Below, one piece after another: positions 24,285 through 37,700 of a stretch of DNA of 64,000 nt. The notes under the pieces are model-generated. The model was not told the origin of the DNA. It did not search any database and worked only from the letters and a program-made list of their open reading frames with translations. How positions within the stretch are numbered: position 1 is the first letter of the stretch; every line of letters begins with the position of its first letter. The DNA is from Octopus vulgaris (lineage: Eukaryota), in the NCBI GenBank assembly GCA_951406725.2, contig OX597832.1, positions 4,712,001 through 4,776,000 of the forward strand. The letters run 5' to 3'. Made by a program: the position numbers and the translations under genes.

Positions 24285-25031
24285 CATTATCATCATCATT
24301 GTTTAATGTCTGTTTTCCATACTGCATGGGTTGGAGGGTTTGACTGAGGTCTGGAAAGCCAGTGGCTGCACCAGGCTTCAGTCTGATCTGGCAATGTTTC
24401 TACAGCTGGATGCCCTTCCTAACACCAACCACTCCAACAGTGTAGTGGGTCCTTTTTACATGCCACAGGCACAGGAACCAGTCAGGCGGGCCTGGCATTG
24501 ATCACATTCGGCTAGTGCTTTTTACGTGCCACTGGCATGGGAGCCAGTCAAGGGGCACTGGCATCAGCCATGTTTGGATGATGCTTTTTACATGCCACCA
24601 GTATGAGAGCCAGTCAGGTGGCCTTGGCATCGATCACATTCGGATGATACATTTTATGTGCCACTGGAACAGGAGCCAGTCAAGGGGCACTGGCCACAGC
24701 TACGATTTTGGTTTTACTTGATTTAACAGGTCTTTTCAAGCATATCATATTGCCTGATGCATCAGGACTACTCTTAAATGGGCTGGACATGCAACACTGG
24801 CATCAGCCATGGCTGTGATCTCACTTCAGCTGCTGAGTCTTCTAATCACAGCATATCTCCCAAGGTCTCAGAATACTGTCATTGCCTGTGTGAGGCCCAA
24901 CGTTCGAAGGTCATGCTTCACACCTCATCCCATGTCTTCTATAGTTAGGGTGTGGCACTTTGTCACACAGCTGTCCTCATCCATATGTAACACATGACCA
25001 TACCAGTGCAGTAGTCTCTCTTACACACCAC
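24285..25031 (-). mobile_element. RTE LINE 3' fragment
   Basis: Minus: ERLLHWYGHVLHMDEDSCVTKCHTL...KHDLRTLGLT, plus UTR tandem repeats and tail homologous to 5130-5895. Confidence 0.85.
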
Positions 25032-25899
25032 AGTGCTGGTTTGTTTACATTCCTGTAACTTGGCAATTTGGCAAAAGAGACCATAAGAATAAATTCCACA
25101 TTTTAAAGAAATGAGTACTGGAGTTGACTTATTCGACTAAAACCCTTCAAGGCATTGTCCCAGCATGGCCACAATCCAAGGCCTCAAACAAGTACAAGAT
25201 AAAAGATTACCATGGTCTAGCGAAAATTATTATAACTTGACATCAGAGAAATTTTTGACCCCACTTTTTGTGCCTAATTGAGATTAATAGCTTTGTCATG
25301 CTACAATTGTCAGCAAAGTATTGGTATTATAAATTTACTAATATTCTCTAGAATAAAGTTTGTGTGTGTGTATGCGTACGCACACACATGCATGTATGCA
25401 TGTGCACATGTGTAAGACATCATTATTTAAATTATGCAAATTATTTAACTTGTACAAATAAAAATCAATTTGTTTTTATGAATTTCAAAACTGGTTGAAA
25501 AGAATATCTATTAAGCTAAAATAACCGAGACAAATTCCACAAAAATTTAATGCTTCTCAAGAAGAAAAAAAATTAAATTTTATAAAAAATGTATTTCCTG
25601 CTAATTCTGCTACTTGAAACAGAAACTTACATTTCCCCCAAATTTGGATAGCATAAAATTTGAGAGCATAATACCATACTTATAATGATGCTCTTGCCAT
25701 AACTCAATTAGAAAGCTCAGCCACTAAAATATCAGATAATTTATTCGACTTATTTGCATACAAAACAATAAAGGTGGTACATTAAAATGTCATTATAATT
25801 TGATTTATTCATGGATACATTTGGTCCCAGGTAATAATCATTTCTGCAACAATGAAGACACCTTTATTGTTAAGGGAATTAGCAAATGGCGAAAAACTG

Positions 25900-26052
25900 C
25901 TGCTCTACTACTACTACTACTACTACTACCACCTCCTTCACTACCACCATAGCTACTACTACTATTACCACTGCTGCTGCTGCTACTACTACTACTATTA
26001 CCACTGCTGCTACTATTACAACTACTACTACTACTGCTATTACAACCACTAC
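25900..26052. repeat. (CTA/CTG)n trinucleotide low-complexity tract
   Basis: Direct inspection. Confidence 0.85.
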
Positions 26053-26280
26053 CTATTTATTACCTACAAGGTGCTAAACATAGAGGGGACAAACAAGGAC
26101 AGGCAAATGGATTAAGTCGATTATATCGACTCCAGTGTGTAACTGGTACTTATTTAATCGACCCTGAAAGAATGAAAGGCAAAGTCGACCTCGGCGGAAT
26201 TTGAACTCAGAACATAACGGCAGACAAAATACGGCTACGCATTTCGCCTGGCGTGCTAACGTTTCTGCTAGCTCGCCGCC
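26053..26280 (-). mobile_element. SINE family B
   Basis: Reverse complement of 16325-16552. Confidence 0.88.
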
Positions 26281-26574
26281 TTATATTACAACCACTACCA
26301 ACACTACAACTACTACAACTGATTATTTTTCAAATTTATCAATGTCCATCAGTTCTTTATTATTACTGTTGCTGTAGTTGCAGTTTTTATTTAATCAGCA
26401 AACTGAGTCTACAGACCTGTTTCACTTTCCAGTTTGAATGAGTTAACTCCACTTACTTTATTCTATTGAATGTTCACCACCACCACCACCACCACCTCCA
26501 TTACTTCTGATACTGTTGTCCACTGTTGTTTGAATAAAGAAACTTTCCAGAAGCAAAAATAAGCCAAAAAACAC

Positions 26575-26963
26575 TCTCTTTTACTTGTTTCAGGCATTTG
26601 ACTGTGGCCATGCTGGAACACCACCTTTAGTCAAGCAAATCGACCTCAGGACTTATTCTTTGGAAGCCTAGTACTTATTCTATTGGTCTCTTTTGCCGAA
26701 CTGCTAAGTTATGGGGATGTAAACACACCACCATCGGTTGTCAAGCAATGTTGGGGGACAAACAGACACACAAACATATACATACACATACATATATATG
26801 ATGGGCTTCTTTCAGTTTCCATCTACCAAATCCACTCATAAGGGTTTGGTCAGCCCAGAGCTATAGTAGAAGACACTTTCCCAAGGTGCCACGCAGTGGG
26901 AATGAACCCGGAACCATGTGGTTGGTAAGCAAGCTACTTACCACACAGCCACTCTTGCACCTA
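26575..26963 (-). mobile_element. SINE family A, full length
   Basis: Reverse complement of 44106-44535. Confidence 0.9.
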
Positions 26964-28215
26964 TAAATATTTTTTTAAAAACCAAAAAAATGATATTAAA
27001 ACAAAAGAAAAATAGCTTACAAAATTATTTCAAAGTAGAGGCAGCTTAGAGAATGGTTACCAGAATAGGGAATCATGAATGACACATTGCAGTTGAGAAT
27101 GAGCAACTCTGCTTCAACAACACCCCATACTTTTTTGGTACCAATCCCACTTGAGACTTCCCCTGGTTCAAACTTTCTGTTTAAAATATTCTACATTAAA
27201 ACTTTCCATCAAAATCTCATGTAAATTTATAGCCCCAAACACCATCTTAACAATAACGTTGTTTTTTAAAATTCTTCATTATTTTCCAAATTATTTGACA
27301 CAATGGCAGTGTAATTCAATAGAAACATGGTAACAAAAGCTTAATCTGATGTTTACTGAGAAAACTAGGTACATCTTAACAGCCTGGGAGAAACATTCAA
27401 GTCTTATACAATAGTCTTTATCAGATTGTATATCATTAATAGAGCATATAGAGTTAGCCTGACATTGTTATCATCTGATGATAAATTTCTTGGTGTAGCA
27501 GAATTAGGTCTGAAAAGATCCATTGTTAAAAGCTAACATCCACTGAACTCTGCCTAAATTACAAGTCCATTTTCTACAGTGCTAAGAAAGGTGTTAGATG
27601 TCTACAGTATCAAGCTAAATAATCTGTTCTAATATTGATACATCTGTAAAAAAATCATCCTAAAAAGGCTATATCAGGAAAATTAATACCCACTACAGTG
27701 TTAAACACTTACATCATTTATGAGAATAGAGCAGAGATAAAATCAAAATTTCATTTATTCTTTACGTAATGAAAGAGAAGATATAACAAATTTGTGATCA
27801 ATACAACTTTAGGACAGAGTCCAAGAATAACAGTACATGCTGCAGGTATCTCACCAGAGTTAAAGTCACTTCAGACATGGAAAATCTGAAAGATTCTCTG
27901 CATTTTTAGTTAAGATTTACAAAGAGCAAACAGGATACCTCTTAGAAATTAGCATACAGACAAATGAAAAGTTTTACTCAAGGGAGAAACATAAAAATCA
28001 GTAGTGACAAAACAAGTATGAAGTTATGTTTGTTTGTTTAGCCCGAAATCAGGACAGACTATAATCAAAGGCATTCCAGGGATGGTCATCCTAATTTTTT
28101 TTACTTTGTGCAAAAAACCTGGAACACATTATCTAATGATTTTTTCAAATAGGATGAGGTGTGATCTCAGTGATACTTAACTTTTATATCTAGCAAGTCA
28201 GCTGACCATATAGAG

Positions 28216-30272
28216 CAGTGTTTCTCAACAATTTTTTTACCTAGAGACCCCTTAGATTCCTATTTTACTCATGGGAGCCCTCCTAGCCATTCGATATTAA
28301 AAAAAAATCCTATTTTATTTTAAGATTGCATAAAAATAATTGTTAAAACATTTTGTGTATTGTAAAAGTATAACCAATTTTTTGAAGACTAGCAGAAATA
28401 TCCAGAATAATGAAGTTTAAAAACGCCGTCTAGATTACGTGGATCTAAACTGCTAGGAGCTGAGATACCAACTTTCTACATTAATAACTTTCCAGCCCAT
28501 GCCAGCATGGAACATAGACATTAAGTGAAATGTTAAAAGAAAATTTCCAACTTGTATATATAAATAAAGTAAATACATGTAATTCAAAAACACGTTTTGT
28601 GTAGCTTATTTTGTAACCAAAAAACAGGTACAGATTATAAATAATGAATAGTTGATTCATTTGACAGAGGTAGTAGAGAGCCAATCCAATGATAAATATG
28701 ACCTTGGATCTTGAAAGTCTGCATGAATCCTGGATCCATTAAATCTCTTGTGGCTCCAAATGATGTCATCTGTGGTGCAGTATTATCTAATTTTGTTTTG
28801 GAAATGCTTGGAATCTTGGTCAGTTGATGACAACAATTGTTTCAATGGCTCTGGAGGTTGGGGGGATGGCAGGGAGTTTAACCTTATGCACTCAGTTGTC
28901 ATTGCACCAGTGGAAACTCTAGTGTTATCTGCATAATGAACTGCTGGATCATAATTGAGAGCTGCTTCATAGAAGTTGCTTCTCTGAGCTGTTACAACTG
29001 CTCTTCGTTCTGCGGCGGAGATCCTATTTCTTGTCAGTCGTGCATACCTCTGTTCATCACTTTGAGATGCTTTGGCCTTTGTAGTGCATAGTTTGTTCAT
29101 TTCTTGGTATGCTTCCTTTTCTGCAGCTGTCTCTCTTTCCCTGGATAGAGACATTCTTTTAGCTGACTTTGACATTGTAGACAAATTTGACACTTTCCTT
29201 TTAGGCATGGTTATATACGTATACAGAAATACATGGGTGCAGAAGATAGTAAACAATGAAAATAACTGGGTACAGGAAATTATATTTCTTAATATGACGG
29301 GCAGAAAGTAAATAAGAAATTTTTACAGAAAATAAAGAATTATACAGATTGAAGTGAAATTTGTCAGCGAACCAAAGAGCCAGTATCGAAGGAACCAAAC
29401 AGCCAGTTTTGATGAAACCAAAAGAAAAATCCATTAACAACAGAAAATCACAAAGCTGTTGCAAAAGTAAATTAGAAATTTTTAGGGATATTAACTCAAT
29501 GTACAAATTTAAGTGAAATTTTTGAAGTTACTTCTGTCAGTAAATTATGAACTTACTTTTATCAGTAATTCCATCAACAACGAAAAAAACCCACAAAACT
29601 TTGCAAATGCAAATAAGAAATTTGTAGGAAAATTTAAAGAAGTGTATGGATTGAAGTGAAATTTATGAAGTTACTTCTGTCAGTAAATTATGTATGAAAT
29701 AACTTTCATCAGTAATTGTGAACTTCTTTCTGTAACTAGTTTGTCATTGTTATTTGTAAATAATGATTGAAAACTTACAGTGAAAATAATAGCATCTGTA
29801 AAATAAAAGTGAAAACAATAGAGAGTGAGTGAAAGAGAGGGAGAGAGCTAGCTAGTTAGACAAATAAGATAGATAGATAGATAGATAGATAGATAAGATA
29901 TAGACAGATACATACAGAGAGAGAGAGAGATGGATAGAGAGACAGAGATATAGATGGCACTGATGCTAGAAAACCAGAAATATTGTAAAAAACTTTCAAA
30001 GATGTGAATCTAATATAAAAAGCAATTTTTTTTATGACCACTGCCCCCAGGGGGCCTATTACTCATATGTGAAAAACTTTAAGAGTCTAAAACCATTCCT
30101 GGAACATAAGCAATGTATGTTCCCAATTTGGAGAAAATTAATTGAAAAATACGACTGTTATAATCTTTTACACACACACAAAGACAACAATATTTATATT
30201 ATAGATAAATTTTAACAACAAAATCTTGTATGGACCTCCAAAGACCATATGGATCTTAGTTGAGAACCACAG
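28216..30272. mobile_element. hAT-type MITE split by a Helitron
   Basis: TIRs cagtgtttctcaac / gttgagaaccacag; halves 28216-28388 and 30206-30272. Confidence 0.65.
28389..30205 (-). mobile_element. Internally deleted Helitron with intact termini and Rep N-terminal remnant
   Basis: Minus 5' TCTATAATATAAA, 3' CTAG, A|T insertion site; AALNYDP..., PPEPLKQLL...SKHF..KIR, MTSFGA, GFMQTFKIQGHIYHWIGSLLP. Confidence 0.85.
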
Positions 30273-30455
30273 AAAGAGCAGTTCAATTCTTAACATGGAC
30301 AGTGTGAAAATGGATACTAAAGGATAATTTTTCTATTACAGAAAAATAATTATAATAGAAACATTAAGAAGCCATGTATATAGTGCCAGCTAAGAACTTA
30401 TTCAACCGAACTTCCAATGATGAAAACTAAAAAATTGATTTAAAATATCCCTTAA

Positions 30456-30664
30456 CCCTTTTGTTACTATATTCCTGTTGAAATGCTCTGTGTTTCTTTC
30501 AATTAATTTTAAATATAACAAAGAATTTACTAAAATAACTTAGTTATCATTAAGCTAGTGTTAGGAACATAAATTGTGACTAAGATTTTAATTCAGAAAT
30601 TTTGAAAACAAGACATTTGTACTACAAAGCCAGATGCAGTTTCAGGTAGGTTTGTATCAAAGGG
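30456..30664. mobile_element. piggyBac-like MITE
   Basis: TTAA-cccttttgtta...tatcaaaggg-TTAA. Confidence 0.7.
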
Positions 30665-31219
30665 TTAAAGAGGCATATACTTGTAAACTTGTCCATGACT
30701 TAGTGGTAAAAAATTTTAGAACCCCGTCGGTATTATTTTTAGAATTTAAGCATATCTGCTTGCTTCCATTTCCCACTTGTAGCCATATTAATAACCGTAT
30801 CACTGGTTACTTTTAACTCCACAAAAATTAAACTACTTTCCATTGATCCTTTTACAGTAGAAATCAAATATCTATTTCAAAATTTCATTACCCTACACAA
30901 TTGAAAGCAGTTTTATATAACAATCCCTATCTTTTGTTGATGAATGTTATGTTTGAAACTATTTTTCTATTTTTTGTTAAGATGTGTCAAGTTTATGGAG
31001 TTTAAGAGACTTGCAAAGAAAATACTAATTCTATTTTTTGGTTGGTATTTAAAATCATTATTGGAATAACCATAAAATTTAATTTCGCAGTTAAAGGGTT
31101 AAAATTACAGGAACTATAATGATATTCTTGTTCCTATGTTTAACAGTATTTTTCCTTTTAGGTTTAATTTTTCTTAAAAATATCCTTTAGAATGATTATA
31201 TTAGCCTGTAATATAATAA

Positions 31220-31510
31220 GCATGGCCTAGTGGTTAGGATGTTACATTCATGATCATGAGATTGCAGCTTGAATTCCTAAACCAGGTGATGCATTGTGTT
31301 TTTGAGCAAAACTCTTTATCTCATGTTGCTCTGTAATCACTTCAACACCTGACACATAGTACACCATGCACCTGTTTAAGCAACATCGATTTGATGGAGA
31401 GAATGAGCTAATATATAACACATACATTCGATCACTATAAACAAATCATTTGTGCAGGTCGTTTGGTAAAAGCTGAACACTCATACATTGTCTTCGACAG
31501 GAGAGTCCAT
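31220..31510 (+). mobile_element. SINE family D
   Basis: tggcctagtggttagg head; colinear with 13640-13936. Confidence 0.7.
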
Positions 31511-31569
31511 CAGCTGCTATGGAGGTCAGTTCTCTATACTGAACTCTTTATTATCTTTCCTCTGTATTT

Positions 31570-31945
31570 TTCATCTTTATAAGTCTCTTATTCCTCTTTG
31601 CATGGAATACTGTTGTCAACTTTGGGCTGATATCACTGCTTGTGTTTTTCCTCTTCTTGATCAAATCCCAAAGCGGGTTTCTAACATTACTAATTTTTGT
31701 TTTATCAACTAAACTTCAACCCCTCTATTATCACGAGGACATTTATCTTTATCTCTATAAATACTTTTTCTATAAATATTTCCATGGCCAATGTTCTACT
31801 AAACTTTCTTCTTTTGTACCACATCCTAATGTTACTAATCAAATGATTAATTTTCATCCTTTCACTGCTGTTGTCTCATCCTGTATGAAGTATTTCTATT
31901 CTGATAGTTTCTTTCTTCAAACATCTGTTTTATAGAACTGTCCAT
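31570..31945 (+). mobile_element. Jockey/I-type LINE RT C-terminal remnant
   Basis: LYKSLIPLCMEYCCQLW...LLDQIPKR, LQPL, FYKYFHGQCSTKL, HPF, SFFLQTSVL. Confidence 0.65.
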
Positions 31946-31967
31946 TTGTGTCTTGACTCCAATATAT

Positions 31968-32205
31968 AAAGGGTGACCCAAAAGTAGGTTAACAGTTATG
32001 ACATAGGCACTTTAAATTTCTTTTAAAGCATTTTATTACATTTAAATTTCTATCTTACAAACCGAAAAGGGAGCTTGACATAATTAATTCAATTAGCATA
32101 GAATAATGGTTTCATATTTTTTCATAATTAAGATCTAAACCGTTAATTTATGAATGCGAAAGAGATAGCTGAATAACTATAAGCCTACTTTTGGGCCACC
32201 CTGTA
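31968..32205. mobile_element. Tc1/mariner-type MITE
   Basis: TIRs agggtgacccaaaagtagg / cctacttttgggccaccct, TA context. Confidence 0.8.
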
Positions 32206-32374
32206 TATGAAGTTAATTATTATAAATCTTGCATTGATCATTTTATGGTTCTTAGGACAGCTTCCCTGATTTCTCCTCTTACTCTTCCTTTCCATGTATG
32301 AATCACAATATATTAAGTGGTTGCTTAGGGCTGTTTTATTGCTGGGTTGCTTGTCACTTTGTTGGAAATGACTT

Positions 32375-32593
32375 TTACTTTTTACTTGTTTTAATCATGT
32401 AAGTGTGGCCATGGTGGGGCACTGCTTTGAAGACTTTTAGTCAAACAAATTAACCCCAGTAATTATTTTTTTAAAGCCTGGTACTTATTCTAGTAGTCTC
32501 TTTTGCTAAACCATTAAGCTATGGGGTTATAAACAAACCAACACTAGTTGTCAAGCAGTGGTAAGAAACAAACATGAACACAAAGACACACAA

Positions 32594-32625
<32 letters not shown>

Positions 32626-32752
32626 ACACACACACACATAAGGCTTTGATTGGCCTGAGACTATATAGTAGAAGACACTTGCCCAAGGTGCTATGCAGTG
32701 GGACTGAACCCAGAACTATGTGATTGAGAAGCAAACTTCTTATAAAGCCAGT
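32375..32752 (-). mobile_element. SINE family A
   Basis: Family A motifs reversed. Confidence 0.8.
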
Positions 32753-32859
32753 AAAAAAATTCTTACTACTCCTCAAAATTACATAGACATTACACAATCT
32801 GTTCTAATTACCATCTTCCTTCTTCTCAGCTTCATCATCTTAATATCTATTTTTCTAAC

Positions 32860-33075
32860 AGGTGGTGAGCTGACAGAAACGTTAGCATACTGGGCAAAAT
32901 GCTTAGTGGTATTTCATCTATCTTTACATTCTGAGTTCAATTTCCGCCTAGGTCGACTTTGCCTTTCATCCCTTCAGGATCAACAAAGCAAGTACCAGTT
33001 GCATACTGGGGTTGATCTAATCGACTGGAACCCTCCCTGAAAATTTCGGGCCTTGTACCAAGAGTAGAAAAGAAT
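32860..33075 (+). mobile_element. SINE family B
   Basis: ggtggtgagctgacagaa.cgttagca...gtcgactttgcctttcatcc. Confidence 0.8.
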
Positions 33076-33332
33076 ATCTATTTTTCTATGCTTTCAAGGA
33101 TCAGATGGAACTTACTGAGGAGCAAATTATCAACAGTCAAATGCTCTCCATGTCATCAACTTTACCTGTTTCCAAGTAAGGTAATATTTTCCAATGTCCA
33201 GACATGTTTTCATGGAAGATTGGAAATGAGGGATACTGCTTGTATGACAGTGGCACTAGTTTACAACTATCTCACAAAGTCAAAGTAAGGAGGCAGTAAC
33301 AAACACGCAAACACACACATACATATATATAT

Positions 33333-33402
<70 letters not shown>

Positions 33403-33406
33403 GTAT

Positions 33407-33562
33407 ATTTTTTTTTCTCTCCTTGTTTTTTCTGTGTCCCTTTCTGTAGAAGAGCGTAGGCTCAAAACGTAGAAGACTTTTTCTATTCCTGAGCGTTAAA
33501 CTAATACATCTGTTTGTTTTGTACACCACCTGTCTTCGTCTTTTGTTTTTGTCGTAAACTTT

Positions 33563-33565
<3 letters not shown>
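33407..33565 (+). mobile_element. Short insert between (TA)n tracts with hammerhead-like motif (33440-33477)
   Basis: ctgtagaaGAGCgtagGCTC-aAAA-CG-TA; core non-canonical. Confidence 0.45.
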
Positions 33566-33630
<65 letters not shown>

Positions 33631-34524
33631 TTATATATATACATTTATATATATACATCTATATATACATCTATGTATACACACATATACACAACTATGT
33701 ATACACACGTATACACAATGCTGTGCAGTGGGACTGAACTGGAAATCATATGGTTTGGAATAAAAGTTCTTATCCCCCAGTCATGTGTATACCTATAACT
33801 CTAAGATTTGGTACCAATATAAATTTAGATACAACACCTATATAAATTCAAGATGTCAAACCTAAGTCCACTTTACTGTAATATCTGTAGCATTCATCTC
33901 ACATTTGAAAACTAAAGAGTGTTACTTCATGTTTCCCACATTCTATCACTGTCTCAAGCCTGTCCTCAATATGCAGCTTTCATTCTTTCTTTCTTTCCTT
34001 CTTTCTTTCCAAAACAGAGTTACTTGTAAGTTTTCTTCATATTTACATATATTTCTATCAGCTATTAATCTCTAATACTTTAATGTCAACTTGACTTCCC
34101 TCGTTCAGTTTCTCTAACTTCAGAAAATTGACAGCACAGCATTTCCTCACTAGATTACACTAATTACCTGAGTAATTCAATAATTTAGCTGACAGATCTC
34201 ATATATGATTTAACTAGCTTTACCAAACATAATAAGGATATTACCAAAGACATTAATGATACACCCAGTATCACTCCAGGTTATGATATTGCCCCACTGG
34301 CAATAGATTAATTCCTACAGCATTTCAGAAATATTTAGTCGATAAGACTTAAAAATAGCCTTCAACCATAAATATGGCACCAATTATTACAGCATAATTC
34401 AATATTTCATCATCATCACAATAAATCATTTATATTCCTTTATAAATGGTGTGAGTTCTTAGTTTCCAAGAGCTATGTATCACCATACACCTGCCAACAA
34501 GAAATTCCCAAGTTGCTCACACTA

Positions 34525-34705
34525 TCTGTTAGAAATAGCAACCAAATCTCTCTCAAATCATACCTTACCATATTGAACATAGCAGAAAACATTTGATAAC
34601 ATAATACTATATAAACTATGTCTAAATAAAAGACAAGATGGTTAGAGCTTTTTGATCAAGGGTCTTGCTCAATCAGGGCTAACCAGGGTTAAACAATAAA
34701 CAATA
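34525..34705 (+). repeat. Unclassified dispersed repeat (also ~56295-56468 +, ~28025-28210 -, ~45595-45740 -)
   Basis: Shared tagaaata.ca..caaatct..ctcaaat...tttgatca...taaacaa. Confidence 0.55.
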
Positions 34706-37700
34706 ACATTTGAGACATTCCAATAATGAATCAATACAATGATTGTACAAGTAAATTTTCATTACCGAAAGAGACCCAAATGAAAACATTAATTTCTTAA
34801 ACTTCTTCCACCTATTTCAATCTCTAGACAGAGAGACTCCAATAAGATTTAAAACATTTTTCGAGTAAATAAGTAAATTCTTGTTTTGTGCAGAATTTAG
34901 AAGGAAGTGCATGGAATACACTACATGATTAAAACAAGTGAAAGAGCAACTCAGAAATAAATTATCTTCTTTAAGTTTCAAGTAAAAATCTTCTGAGAAT
35001 CAATTCGATCAGACAAATAAACAAATAAATAGATAAATAAATAAAAATTTGTTTTCATTCAGACAAAAATAACACAAAGTAGTTAGCATCAACATCTTCA
35101 GAAGCACTGCTTTGAAATACTATTACATTTTTACAACAATAGAAATGGGAATAAAAGGAAATCCTTTTGAATGTATTTTTTTTTACTCAGGAACTGCAGC
35201 AAAATGAGAAGAAAAAATAGTGTTTTCATTGAGCTTGCAGAATATACTAGTTTTAGCAGGAGGGGTGAAAGTCACTGCTGCAATACCAACCTACATTGCA
35301 CTTGCAATATAAAAAAAATAATAAATAAATAAAATTTGTGTTCTGTTGGCATTGAACCTGATAAAAGAATCCAAAATATAACTTAACAGAAAAATATATA
35401 TACCATTAGGTGAGCAGCTTGAGAAAAACATGTGTCTCTCTATATACTTTACTTAGATTTGTAAACACTCTAATACATTACTTCCAAAAAGGAGTAAGAG
35501 AAAAGAAATGTTCTGTTAACCTAGAAATTAGAAATCATAAAATGAATCCATTCTTTTTTTCCCTTCCCATATTTAAAATGATAAACAGAATGTTTTTCTA
35601 TTGGAAACAGTCAAATACTTTTTTAAAAGCAAAGAAATCTTATTTTAAGACTATATGCATAATAACTGGAATAATTCAAAGAATATTTCATTGAAGAAAC
35701 ATATTTTCCTTCTGTTTTGTACCACAATCTTTCTTGCTACATATATTGTCAGGTTTAATTCAGCATTTTGGTACAAAAACACACCTGAGAAAGACAGTAA
35801 AAAAATATATCTGTATCAGACAGGTTGCTCAGGAGAAGACAGTTTTATTGGTTTTCCATGAGCAATGAAGAATCCAATGTTTAGAGCTTTTATCTTTCAT
35901 CTGAGGAAGAGAGAGAAAAATGTTGCCTATTTTTCTTTTCTAGCTGGTAACTCCTCCTCACTCTCTGAAGAATAAAATCTTGAAAGACTAGAGTCTTCAG
36001 TCTTCAAAGTGACTGAACTTAAACTCTCCAATAGATTAAATTTTTGCTGATGCAGATTATTGCCAAATTTCTTGGATTCTAAATTTTACTTCAACAATTT
36101 CACCTTCTTATATCCCAGAGGTTACCAATCAAACACCAATCTACAATCTAACCAACATTTAAAATGATAAGAATATAAAATGAAACTAGAATGCACAGAA
36201 AATTATTGATTGTTTGTGTCAGCAAAAAGTAATTAGTACAGTTAATAAAATGCACAATACAAAAGCAAAAATTCCTTCATTTTAGCCTCTGGGGATGACT
36301 TCAAAGGAAACTCCTGAATTGTTGGCTTGAACTTGGAACACAACTCAGAGACCCTTGTCGCCTGAACCACTGGTCAGAAGCTAGAATATACAGAGACTGC
36401 AACCACATATCTGTTCTAGCCAATACCCTGTGTCTAAAAGAGATCTCTCAAATCTCCCTCTTCCTTATCTGAGATAATGTCCTCTTTCACTTCTGGTCAG
36501 GTCCTTCTGCTACTCCTTTCCACTCAGCTAACATCTTCAGCACATGTCCCACTATGCCACATGCTCCCCTGATCTGTGTTTCCCCAGTCAAGAGAAGGCT
36601 TTCAATATGTGAGCTTGTAGATGCTGTATATGAGCACAGATAGAAGGAAACTGAGCATCACAAGAATCAAGAATAGTGTACAAGAGAGAAGATAGCTAGT
36701 ATGGAGATGGGATGTGTATGAAGAACAGCAGTTGGGTGAAGAAAGATAAAGTGATTCAAGTGGGAAAAGCATGCAGAAAAGGAAAACTTTACAAGTGGTG
36801 AAATGTTGCACTGGAACAGACCTATCCAACCCATGCCAACATGAAAAAATGGATGTAAAATAATGATAATGATGTATAAATGTGTCTTTATTCTTGTCCA
36901 TGTCTATGTTTATGTTTACTGGTGTAAAAACCAGTGCTGAGCCAGAAAAGTAATACTGGGGTTGATATGATTGACTAGAAAAATCTTTGAATGCCTTACT
37001 CCAGCTGTGGTGCAGTTCAAAGACAGAAACCATTGAAAATATAAAAAGAAATAATTGGGTTTGACACAAATATGAAGTGCTGGAACAAATGTTTTACAGT
37101 ACCATATTCTTGTATTGAAACACAGCCAAGATTGACTTTGACCCACTTTCATCCCTCTGGAGCTAAAGTATTGAAACTAATTTAATCGGCTATACCTTTT
37201 CCCCTTCATGGTCCTTGTGCAATTCTAGTGCTTAGTGCAAAAAAATCAATATCGAACAAACATTTAGTTAATAATTAATCAGATCTGATGAGAATTTTAC
37301 AAAATTTTAAAATAAATGTTAGAATGCTGCTAGTTATCCAGTAATACACCGCTGTTACATAATATTGTGTATAACCTGATTTCAGAATTGTTACATCATT
37401 TCCCTGATTGTTGTAGGAGGTGACTAAACAGGAATCATGATGCGAAGACTGACATAGATTTTCCTAGGTTAGTCCCTGCTCTTTAAGAAAAATGAGCTTA
37501 AAACACTTATTCGAGTTGTTCAGTGATATCATGTAATTCAAAGATAAAACAATGGGAATTAACATTAGAAGTTAGTGAGGGAAAGAGAACTTTTTAGACC
37601 CTCTGCAGATTATGTTTTTGGTTAAGTTTTGACCTAAGACAAAACTACCAAAGAAAAACATTTTCAGTGAAAATTTATCAGTAGATAGCCTAAAATGGCC

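Noticed and set aside
25852-26115. Poly-Tyr / poly-Thr ORFs
   Set aside because: (CTA)n trinucleotide repeat running into a SINE.
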